Both the position numbers and the translations under genes were made by a program. A model generated the notes under the pieces. It was not told the origin of the DNA, searched no databases, and saw nothing but the letters and a program-made list of their open reading frames with translations. Positions 27,801 to 57,389 of a DNA stretch of 64,000 nucleotides are shown here, piece after piece. The stretch is from contig NIVC01001763.1 in the NCBI GenBank assembly GCA_002269645.1, positions 176,305 to 240,304 of the forward strand, written 5' to 3'. Source of the stretch: Macrostomum lignano. Taxonomy: Eukaryota. Numbering within the stretch: position 1 is the first letter of the stretch; every line of letters starts with the position of its first letter.

Positions 27801-28738
27801 TCGGAGACCGGGCTGGACATGCGAGTGGTCCAAGTCTGGTTCCAGAACAGGCGGTGAGTGACGAGACAGCACATCCCATCATCCCCATCTCTATCCTCTT
27901 ATCATCCCATCCTCCTATCCTCCCATCCTCCCATCATCCCATCATCCCATCCTCCCATCCTCCCCTTCTCTCATCTCCTCAATCGGCTTTGCCACATCGA
28001 AAATCTCATCCACTCTGCCACCCGCAGCGCCAAGGAGAAGCGCCTGAAGAAGGACGCCGGTAGGCAGCGCTGGAGCCCGTATTTTCGCGGCATCGGCGGT
28101 GGCAAAAGTCCCGGCGGCAAAGGCGTCGGCGAGAGCGACATCGGCAGCGACGATCAAATCAGCAACGACCCGCATGACATGTCCTACCAGAGTGAGCCGT
28201 CGCTTTTATTAACCATCAAAATCCGTTACTTTTTACTTCTCGCAGTAGTGTAACCCGAATTCCTCTATGGAATTTATCGAATCAACCAACCAACCAATCA
28301 ATTAATAAATCAATCAATCAACCAACCAATCAACCAATCAAATTATTAGGCGACCTGGACTCCGGCTCCGAGTATCACTATGGCAACGGGTCGACCACAC
28401 TGCTGGAGCTCACGCCGGGAGCCGCCGCCGCCGCTGCCGGCGCACCGACGTCCTCAGCCGCTGCTTCGTCAGCATCGGCGGCTGCGGCAGCAGCTGCGGC
28501 GGCTGCAGCTGCTGCAGTCGGTCTGGCCTGGGTGCCGCCGCCGCCACCACCACCACCGCCGCCGATGTCGCTGGCCAGCGGAGGCTTCCTGCCGGCTGGA
28601 GGCCCGCTGCCGCCGCCGCCGATTCTCTCGCAGCAGCAGTCGCAGCTGCCGCCGCCGCCTCAGCAGCAGCAGCAGCAGCAATTTCTGGGAGATGGCTCTG
28701 ACAATCCCTACGGTGGCAGTCACGTGGAAGTGTACTGA
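18853..28738 (+). CDS. Lhx3/4: LIM-homeobox transcription factor, Lhx3/4 (Lim3) class; 5 coding exons: 18853-18949, 26612-26983, 27676-27853, 28028-28191, 28350-28738
   Basis: Exon 2 encodes two LIM domains (CGGC...[11 protein letters not shown]...CKAD; FGTKCSGC...YHLACFAC...[17 protein letters not shown]). Exons 3-4 encode the homeodomain [53 protein letters not shown] followed by the Lhx3/4-diagnostic [15 protein letters not shown]. All four introns are GT-AG with matching phases (1,1,2,1). The start codon is less certain because the exon 1 frame is open further upstream. Confidence 0.93.
19015..20790. repeat. 21/19-bp minisatellite (GGGATCACACAGGTATAGAGA) in Lhx3/4 intron 1
   Basis: Visible tandem array with block duplications. 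Confidence 0.95.
22275..24160. repeat. 21/22-bp minisatellite (AATCTGCGATTCTACCYTCC) in Lhx3/4 intron 1
   Basis: Visible tandem array; source of the 682/674-aa ORFs. Confidence 0.95.
25085..26572. repeat. 22-bp grading into 21-bp minisatellite (CTAGCTAGGTGAGATCAGACA) in Lhx3/4 intron 1
   Basis: Visible tandem array ending about 40 nt before the exon 2 acceptor. Confidence 0.95.
26998..27485. repeat. 22-bp then 21-bp minisatellites (CAGTTTCCCATAGAAACTTCC) in Lhx3/4 intron 2
   Basis: Visible tandem arrays. Confidence 0.9.
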
Positions 28739-29639
28739 GCTGTGACTGGCTGCACTGTCGGAACACAAGTGGAGACGCAACCGTCATTTCGCTTAGCATC
28801 ACATATTGCTGTTATTTGTTGTTATACTGGCATCAACTTTGTCCATTCGTCCTCTTTTTGGTCTATTAGGACTTAGTCAGTTTCTGTTTGCAGGTCTGCT
28901 TCTATCTTCGTAACCTTATCGCGCTGTCAAAGTATTAGTATGCGTACTTCCTGCTCCAAGGAGCCCCCTCCCCACAACTTGATGAAGCAGTTTAGAACTC
29001 TTATTGCTCCGATTACTTATTAAGCGGCCCTCTATTTTCAAAAAATCCGTACAGTCAAGCTATTCAATACTTATAGTAGAGAAGAAAATCGAATCAATCA
29101 ATGTTCTGCACCGAAGTAACTATTTAAGCAAATCAGTTTTTCGACAAACTTTAGACTAAATTCGGCGCAGTTCCTCTGTGTACTTTACCTTATAGCAATG
29201 CACAATTCTGGAAAGCACAACAGACTGTTTAGCTTAGAGAATTTGTAAGTGCACAACAATTTGTCTCAGTTTTGTTTTGCACTTTTTTAACAATGTTTTA
29301 GTACACTTGGCAGTTGCACACATCTAACTGTTATAGGCTCGAGCTGGTTGCTTCTTATGCAAGATTGTATTGTAAAATTGACTTTTGTCAGCATTGAGCA
29401 GCTGAACCTGTCTGTTGCCCCCCTCTTTAATGGCATCGTGTGTGAAACTAAATATACCGATTTGTAGTAAGTAGACAGAGGCCCGCGTGCACAACCAAAT
29501 ACTGGCATTCTTCTGCTTAATAACCGTGTTAATCAGCTTCTGCAACAAGCTCACTACAGCTCTTGTGCGAGCCTTTCTCCCGTCTTCACGCCGAAAAATC
29601 TGCCACGTTGTTACTCTACTCTGTTACTGTCAATTTGAG

Positions 29640-30360
29640 CTCTCACTCACTCTGATCTGTCACTCACTCTGATCTGTCACTCACTCTGATCTGTCACTCA
29701 CCATGATCTGTCACTCACCATGATCTGCCACTCACTCTGATCTGTCGTTCACTCTGATCTTTCACTCTCTCTGATCTGTCACTCTCTCTGATCAGTCACT
29801 CACTCTGATCTGTCACTCTCTCTGATCTGTCACTCTCTCTCTGATCTGTCACTCTCTCTGATCTGTCACTCTCTCTGATCTGTCACTCACTCTGATCTGT
29901 CACTCTCTCTGATCTGTCACTCACTCTGATCTGTCACTCACTCTGATCTATCACTCTCTGATCTGCCACTCACTCTGATCTGTCGTTCACCATGATCTAT
30001 CACTCACTCTGATCTGTCACTCTCTCTGATCTGTCACTCTCTCTGATCTGTCACTCACTCTGATCTGTCACTCTCTCTGATCTGTCACTCTCTCTCTCTG
30101 ATCTGTCACTCTCTCTGATTTGTCACTCACTCTGATCTGTCACTCTCTCTGATCTGTCACTTACTCTGATCTGTCGTTCACCCTGATCTGTCACTCACCC
30201 TGATCTGTCACTCACCCTGATCTGTCACTCACTCTGACCTGTCACTCTCTCAGCCTTACCTGTCACTCTCTCACTCTGATCTGTCACTCTCTCAGTCTGA
30301 TCTGTCACTCTCTCACTCTGATCTGTCACTCTCTCAGTCTGATCTGTCACTCTTTCACTT
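29640..30360. repeat. 17-bp minisatellite (TGATCTGTCACTCWCTC)
   Basis: Visible tandem array between the convergent Lhx3/4 and ADAM17 stop codons. Confidence 0.93.
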
Positions 30361-31322
30361 ACTCCAGCCTATTTAAATGAGCAAACGCATCAATTGGATG
30401 TCAATTAACAAGTTAACAAAAAGCCAGCTGCCGGAATGAGACAGCAATGCAAAGCCAGCATCAAGACATGCAAATATTAGCAGCTTATTATTAATATCAA
30501 ACACTGAGATAGTGTCTCACAAAAAAACGCAACTGGAAACAACACAATTCAGTACTTTAGAAGACAAAGTTTTTAAGACCGGAATATTTGAGAGAAGGCT
30601 TTACTGAATAACAATATTGACATGATTGCAAACTTACTGCTAATGGATTGGATTACGATCGTACACACCACAGATACTAGAATAACTCAGGCATATACTA
30701 AGTAAAACAGCTTTCCACTTTCAGTTCAGTAGCAAAGAAGAATACATAAGCTATTTTATAAGAATAAAGGCAGCTGAAAAGACTTTGATAAGCTTAGAAG
30801 CCCAAGCTTGCAGGCGTAAACAGCTTGCTAATTGGTTCAAGCAATAATGTACATTAGCCAGTCCACTGAAATGTACATGGCAGATTTAGGCTGGAATTCC
30901 GAGAAAGGCAATAAAAATTGGGGTGGGGCGGGGCAGGGGGGGGGGGGGTGGTGCGGAAAGGCGCGGTTGGGAAGGGTTTAGGCTGGGGGGGGGGGTAAGA
31001 GCTAATAAACGAGCCTTGGCTTTAAAAATACATTAAAATGCTTCTGTTTAGCCTACTACTGAACTGAAAGTAGTTTACACGCAAATGTGCTGAGCTGCCC
31101 ATCTAGTTATTATTCTAGTATCTTTGGTACACACCAATTAGAAATCGCAGTGCTGCATTTACTGCAGCGCACAGAATTCTCTTGAATGAGATGGCATTTC
31201 CTATTGAAAGACTGAATAAGTAAATACGAATCAATTCAATTAGATAGATTTTACTGCATGTTGCTTATAAGCCTACTTATAGTAGAAAAATTCGAGTATG
31301 GCTTATGAATTTGTTGCAACGG

Positions 31323-31328
31323 TTTATT
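31323..31328 (-). promoter_or_regulatory. Probable polyadenylation signal AATAAA of the ADAM17-like gene
   Basis: TTTATT on the + strand, about 55 nt downstream of the ADAM17 stop codon. Confidence 0.5.
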
Positions 31329-31383
31329 AAAACACTCCTATTGATTTATATGCAAAATAACAGTGAAAACGCTCGCTACACTA

Positions 31384-41710
<10,327 letters not shown>

Positions 41711-42129
41711 CTGCAGGTGGGCAGGCGTGGTAAATTCATATTTCATAATTCAGTATTCACTATATCATATATCATATATTCACTATTTCATATATAGAAA
41801 AGAATATTTTTTTGTTTAAATTAACTAAATGGTCATTAAGTAAACTGCTCTGATATACCAAGCAACAAAAAAGTATTTTGTTTACTAATATTTAAAGTGA
41901 AGTTTATTGAGTTTGACAAGCTTTTTTACTAAGATTTTTTAGATTTTTATGTAATTTATTAACCAGTAAAGCCAGTTTTAGATTAGTCTTGGTCTTGGCT
42001 ATTGTCGCTATTATTGTTTTATGGCATAAAAATATATTGCTTGAGTTTCTAACCTTAGCAACTGAGGGGTTTATCTCACAATAGCTTTACTAACTAGCAA
42101 TATTCTTCATATCTATTGCTCTAACTTAC

Positions 42130-42168
42130 CCATAAAATCAATAGCTCTAATAGTCTTCTAGGTTTCAT
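42130..42168 (-). CDS. Candidate first (signal-peptide) exon of the ADAM17-like gene, MKPRRLLELLILW
   Basis: ATG followed by a basic then hydrophobic run and a strong donor TGG|GTAAGT. However, it ends in phase 0 while the next exon needs phase 1, so a micro-exon is missing, an indel is present, or the call is wrong. Confidence 0.3.
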
Positions 42169-42241
42169 TTATTAATGGCCAATTTTCCTTGATATAGGAA
42201 AAAGACATGGCAAATATAAATAACTATAACCATGTAATCAT

Positions 42242-42429
42242 CAGTGGTGTAAGCAAGGGGGGATATGGGGAGATATCCCCCCCCCCCTGTGGGCCTGGTT
42301 GGTGGGTGTAAGAAATTGATTTATGGCGCTTAATTTTCCTGTGAACTGCCCATTAGGCCAGCAAGTACAAGTAGCAGCAGCTACTCATATCCCTGTACCC
42401 CCTGTGAGAAATTCCTGTCTATGCCCCTG
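42242..42429. mobile_element. hAT-type MITE (188 bp) with 8-bp target-site duplication
   Basis: GTAATCAT lies directly on both sides (42234-42241 and 42430-42437). The termini are imperfect inverted repeats, CAGTGGTGTAAGC versus CAGGGGCATAGAC (reverse complement of the right end). An 8-bp TSD with CAG termini is typical of the hAT superfamily. Confidence 0.8.
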
Positions 42430-42754
42430 GTAATCATGTCCATATGTTCTGCCAAAAGATCTCTATACAATGCTTTTTAAATAGTAGAATTAGACTTTTA
42501 AGCAATTTTAATTTGATAATTTCTTAATCTAAAGATTTTAAACATGTTTAAATACATAAGTACATAATTTATTTCTTTATCTATATAGGATACTATCTGC
42601 ATAGACCCTTATTCTTACTAATAAGGTATTATTTATATATAAATATTATCATGATGATAACATTATACTTTTTAGCTTAAAATATACATATATTACACAT
42701 TAACTTTTGACAATTGACTAAACTTTTTAAGACTGTTAACTTGTAAGACTTGTA

Positions 42755-42758
<4 letters not shown>

Positions 42759-42800
<42 letters not shown>
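42759..42800. repeat. (TA)n microsatellite
   Basis: Visible. Confidence 0.95.
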
Positions 42801-42805
<5 letters not shown>

Positions 42806-43026
42806 GTCATTTTTTCAACAACGAAATTGAACAGGTTTTGCGAATAAATATATGGAGTTGGTTGTAGGTCAAAAAATCAAAAAATCAAAAAATAAACCTG
42901 AAGATGCACCTAGGAGTCCGAAACGCATTGTTACTTACACAATGTTGATTTTCAGATTCATTTTCCTTTTACTAGCTAAGCGAGCTACACTACCCAATTT
43001 CTACCAATATATAGCCCCGCGCAGAG

Positions 43027-43380
43027 TGCACATAGCAAATTGCATATTGCTACGCAACGTCAGCTTGCCGCATGCAGCAATGCAGTACAGGACAATCAAG
43101 AGTGCACTAAGTGCACATGCTTGGGCGCAATCTTGGGATTCACTCAGCCATTTCTATTGGCAACACACACATGTAAGTCGCTATTAGACAGAATAGTAGT
43201 CACGTGACTGCTCTTAGTCAATAGCAACCTGCATGTGTGTTGCCAATAGAAATGGCCAGGTTAATCTGAAGGTTGCGCATATATATAAGTGCATATAATA
43301 GTCAAAAAAGCAAAAAGGTCCTTAATTGTTGCAACACCTTACAGGCCTACATCTAAAGCATAATTGCTAGCTATGTGCCA
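43027..43380. mobile_element. Long degenerate palindrome (foldback/MITE-like) centred on GTCACGTGAC at 43199-43208
   Basis: Perfect 22-bp inverted pair at 43147-43168 / 43235-43256, with further symmetric matches out to about 43027 / 43380. Confidence 0.6.
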
Positions 43381-44775
43381 TATGCATCCAAAAAATGTTC
43401 CCACATAGCTAGTGCATTCATGAGACTATGGTATTGTTTCTATATTCCAGATCATACAGTATATACCCAAAAATAATATATGCATGCATTGGCCTTGCAG
43501 GCTAAAAGTAGATATACACAGTTGGTATGCACCACTCCTAAAAAATAATATGCATACACACCTGGCATGCATTTTATAAAATCACACAGAAAAGTTATTG
43601 TCAAATAGAAAAAGATGAAAATAATTCATTTTAAGTGTAAATTTCAAGCTTTTTATATTTTTTAAACTTGGTATTTAAGCATTTAAACAAATCTTTATCA
43701 TGTATTGATTTTCTGCTATAAATAGTATTGCCAAAAAAGAGCATAAAAATCAATCAAACTATTTGCTTAAAATGGTTTATTATGCAATTCAAAATAGTTC
43801 AATTATTGTTACAACATAAAAAGGTCATTTATTGTCACAATACCAGCATAGTTTTGAGAATGGGTGTGCACTCCATTTTTGGGGTGCATTTGTAATTATT
43901 CAATTTTTGTTTGGGCATGTACCCAGCATGATCTGGACTATGGTATTACTTAAGCTCATATAAATTTTAATAATAGAATAAGAATATAAGATATCAAAAA
44001 ATTACTCCTTTATAATAAAGACAAAATTAAAATACTATATACCACAATGGCACAAATTGAATTTGAAAGGTATGAAAAAACCAAAGACCTTGGCCTTAGA
44101 ACAAATATATTTAGTTTTTTATATAAGTAAAGACATTGCATGGTAATAAAATGCTATATTTTAATTTACCTTGAAATGATGCCTCCACAGTCAAGCAGCT
44201 ATTGACAATAAAAAATAAATACATGCTACAAATATTTTTTATGAACAAATGCATTTTAAAAGCAGATAATTAATAAGCAGCTCTATAACAATTGCTCCTA
44301 TGCTTTGCTTTTCAATAACTGGGCATAACAGTTAAGCTTTTTAGATTAAAAATACCAACCAATTAAATTAATTAAGTTCTGAAACAGCCACTGCACAAAG
44401 AACTAGGTTATACTAGCAGTGACAGACAGGCAGGGTTGTTGTTGCCATTGGATGTATAGTCAACCAAGCAATAAATTATTCTATCAGAATTTAGTTGCTT
44501 AAGTAGGTCACTTCACTAAGGTCAGGTAGCTGGTTTACATCAGGATGTTGTCATTAGAAGACATTCTAAGAAAAAAACTGTCTTAAAATCCTGCGATAGA
44601 ACCGTAAGTAGCTTAACAATTTTTAAGAATAAAATCTGAATTCAAACTCAAAAGTATTTAGTAGTTTTAAAAACCGTATAAAAACTGTCAAAAAAACTTA
44701 TTATTTGTGTGCTGTTGCGATTTTTAGGCTTCGCTATTTGAGGACCTAAAGAGCTACAGCACAAACTACATAGCT

Positions 44776-45033
44776 GGCCTTTTCATATTACCAATTCCAG
44801 AACCAGAATCGATTCGGAATTCCAAGAAAAACAGCAGTATAACTATTACACTCTGTTAATATTTGACTGCCTTAACAACTTAACTTAGCACAATTTTTCA
44901 CTTTCTTCTTGGCGATCGTCATTCAATAATAAAAACTTTATAGCACGTATCTCCCTCTAGTTATGGAGACAAAAAGTTATACTTCACAAATTGGTTCTGG
45001 TTCTGGAACCAGAACAAGCAATATGAAAAGGCC
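44776..45033. mobile_element. 258-bp MITE-like element with 14-bp perfect terminal inverted repeats
   Basis: GGCCTTTTCATATT (44776-44789) and AATATGAAAAGGCC (45020-45033), plus subterminal inverted TTCCAGAACCAGAA motifs. No clear TSD was found. Confidence 0.6.
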
Positions 45034-46642
45034 CATAGATAATGTAGGTACACGTATGTCCAGTTTAATGTTTTAAATTAGAAACCGTTTTGGATCGAAG
45101 CTATCATGCAACATGTATATCATCTAGTTACATGTGCAAATGCTGCATGGTTACCATTACAGTTAAGAATAAACAGGAAAAATTCACTTACAATAGCTTA
45201 AGGAATTATACTTAGCATCGCAACAGCGGCTGGTATTTATCAATACCAGCCGCTGTTTTCTTCTGAGAAAGTGAAAGGCTTTTTTGTGGTTTCCCTAAGT
45301 GAATCAGACTTGTTAATGAAAAAGGGAAATTCCTTGACAGTAGCAGTTTTGGATCATGCATCATATAATTATAACTCATTTTGTTAACTTGGAATATATC
45401 AAACATTCTGTCATATGCGAGAGGCAATTAAAGCAAAAAATAGCGCAGCTACTATAAATGACTTTAAATTCGACAGGATAAGCCATTACAACAGGGGACT
45501 CATTGCTAAGCTCTTTATTGCATTCCAATGCGCAGCATTGTCAAATCTTTCCGCTCTCTCGTTGTCTTTGCTGTTCATTTAAGCTGGCTGGCTCTGTGAC
45601 ATGTAATAACAGGTAAGGCTATTTACAAACACTTGGTGCGTAGCTGGCCATCAACGTCCCTTTAATAATCGATTCCGTGAGGACAAAAATAGGATATTTT
45701 AAGCAAAATATTAGCAGCAAAACGATTTATAAGAAAATTGTGAAAGACGCGAGAAAAGAAGACAGTTATTAATAAATTTGCAGACTTTCAGTTGAAAATG
45801 TGAGAATTAATTATGAGAAGAGAAACTCCTAGCAGCTAAAGAATTATTAAATCCTGAGAGAGAGCAAACTCTGATATAAGGAAGTTCATTAATCATATTG
45901 GGACACCAAAAACTACTTGGAAAAAAGACGTGTAAATTTTATATGCTACTAATAAGTAGGATGGACAGGTTATATCGGACTTTAAATATAATAAAACAAA
46001 TTACTTTGGAAAAAAACAAGGATGAATAAAAAAACTGACAGCATCAAACGAAATTGGCGGTAGAAGCGGAAGAAGCAGAAGTTGATAAATAATAATAATA
46101 ATAACGATAATAAAGTTTGACTGGCTTGGACTTTGTCAAGAGCAAAGCATTTCGAATAAATAAATTAATAAACACAATTAATAAACGTTCTCTTTATAAG
46201 ACAGACAGCGTACATAAGCATAGTTAAAAGCGCATTAGGCGACTAATACAGAAAACATACAACTATAAAGCCCAAGTTTAATAATAAAATAAATACACAC
46301 TTAAAAGCGGGGCACACTTAAACGTATTTTCGGGACTAAATTAGCAACTGACTCAGTGAAAATTGATTTGAACTCAAATAAATATATACATAAAGCTTAT
46401 ATTAAAAATAATCAGAGACTAAAATTTGACTCTTCAACGAACCATGCCTGCCTAGCATCAGAGAAAATTGAAATATTACAGGGAAAACAATTAACGTCTG
46501 CGGGAATGACGTCACCAAATTATTTTTAGAGTACACGATGATGTCATCCTCTACAAAGACCGAAAAAAACAGTGACGTCATTTCTCAGAAACGCTGCGGA
46601 AACTTGCCTGCCGCAGGTCAGGTCAGGTCAGGTCAGGTCAGG

Positions 46643-55291
<8,649 letters not shown>

Positions 55292-57389
55292 GATGGTGGC
55301 TGCTTCCCATTCAATTCAATACTATTTAATCTAATAGTCTTGAAAATAAGAAGGAACAGAATGATTTTTAGCTTGTTTTTCCCCTAGTTGCTTTTTGCAC
55401 GACTTGTTGGACTTCAAACAAGCCTTACCGTTTTTTTCTTTTTCAGTTTGCCCTAGGACCCTAGGCCCAGCTATAGCTCTTGTCCTGGGTTCTTCCAGTT
55501 CGGCCTGTGTTTGCACTTATATTTGTTCGTTTGGAGGTTTTGGGGTGTGAAGCAATTCCAAGCCCTGTACTCTAGAGATAGCAGAGGTTAAGCTAGTGTA
55601 CAGTTTACTCCTATACCCCCAATAGATTGTACAGTCCAGACTAGGGAGGAGGGTTTGGGAATGTACATAGCCAAAGCTAATGGCCTTGGGGCTTGGCCAA
55701 TACAACACTAGCTGAATTTTACCAAATGGCCTTGCCTTGGGGGTTTGGGGGCTTGTCGTGTCTATTTTCATACAACTTGCTCCACTCATACTGTACTGTG
55801 TCACGCAGTTTATGCGTGTCAGCGTCACACATTTGCCCTGAGCTTTGCTTTTTTACATTTTACAATGAATAAGGCTTCTGTAGAGGAGGTCCTTCCTACC
55901 AAGACGCACGAAATGATCTTCTAACGATACAGTATCAAGGACCACTAGAACTTCTAGTGGTCCTTGTACAGTATTAGCACGACCACACCCATTTTGCACT
56001 GTCCTGACTGTCGTTCTTTTAAAAAATCTTGAAAGGCGCTTTTTTGGCTTGCATGCTTGCATGCGGTTCAAAGGATTTAAAGCAAACAAAAAACAACTAC
56101 GGAACGCAATAACCTAAAATAATCAAAGGGCATTTCATTGTAGCAGCGATATTTTTAGTAGAAGAGCATTGTTTCCTTTAGTTTAATAAAACAAATAATC
56201 AGAATGTTAGAAGCAAGTAGGAGACAACCAATTAATAATTTCTAGTTTGAATTCATGTTTAAATGGACACAGCTGTAAACTGGAAGCTAAGAAAGGATTA
56301 TTAGCAATATATGAACATACTGGCCAGTACGGATCTTCATTTTTGCAAAAATTTTTATTACAGTAGCTATGTGTAGTGCATGTGTTTCATAGTATGTGTA
56401 TAGGTAGGTATGCTGGAGTAAAGTTCTGAATATTCGAGTTCGTGAAATTTCAAGCACGTGAAGTTTCGAATTTAGGAAGTTTACCTACTGTCTACGACGT
56501 TTTCGAGCTTGTTTCAAACCTATAACCGTTGTTGGATCATAAGTTAATAAAGACCTTCAATTGTTCACGCTGAACTTGTCCTAACGCAGACGAAAAAATT
56601 AACTGCCTACTAGTCTACTGACGAGTAGCACAACAGACATTTTCCTACTTTTTATTCTATCACGGCTCATAAATTCAAAAGATTAAACACAAATGAAATT
56701 GCATAAAGTCCATTAACTAGTATTACCGTAATGATGCAGACTTGCAATACCAAACTGTATATTTTTTGTGCATTTTTGTTAAATTCAGATTATCAAATTA
56801 GATTTTAGTATAATGGATTACGATTAGACGGGAGCCTACGCATCTCTCAATGTTCATTTTCTGAAATTTTCTGAAGAGTTCATCTTAACTTGCTTCTGCA
56901 TCTAAATTCAATATTATTGCGAAAGCAGACAGCAAAAGAGTTAACTATGTATACTGTCCTTTTATCAATAGCGCACAAAATTCGACTTATTTGTGAAGGA
57001 GTTATTTACAAAAGGTTATATAAATCAATTGGACACACGTACCTGTAATTGTATAAGGAATGAGTATGGGGCATTGCGGTAACAGAGAGATTTAGCAGAC
57101 AACACCTGACCTCTTCATGCAATAATAAAGCACATTATTAGAACACACAAAATCGTTTTATCCACATCTATTTAAATTTTTTGGGCCAAAGTCAAAGACG
57201 AGCCCCTTCTATGCAATTTCATCCATAGAACTTCTATTTTTTATGGTATACATGTGTAGTGCTGCTTTAGACTTGACAAGCTTGACAGTGAACTATAATC
57301 AATTAATCAATAGTAATATATTAAAAAGCTAGTCTAAATCAGTTTTGAGTGTCACAGATCGAGCAAAAGCAGCAATGTTTTTAATCTTT

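Noticed and set aside
56480-56520. CTACGACGTTTTCGAG, resembling half of a Penelope-associated hammerhead arm
   Set aside because: No matching CTGANGA box at a suitable distance on either strand.
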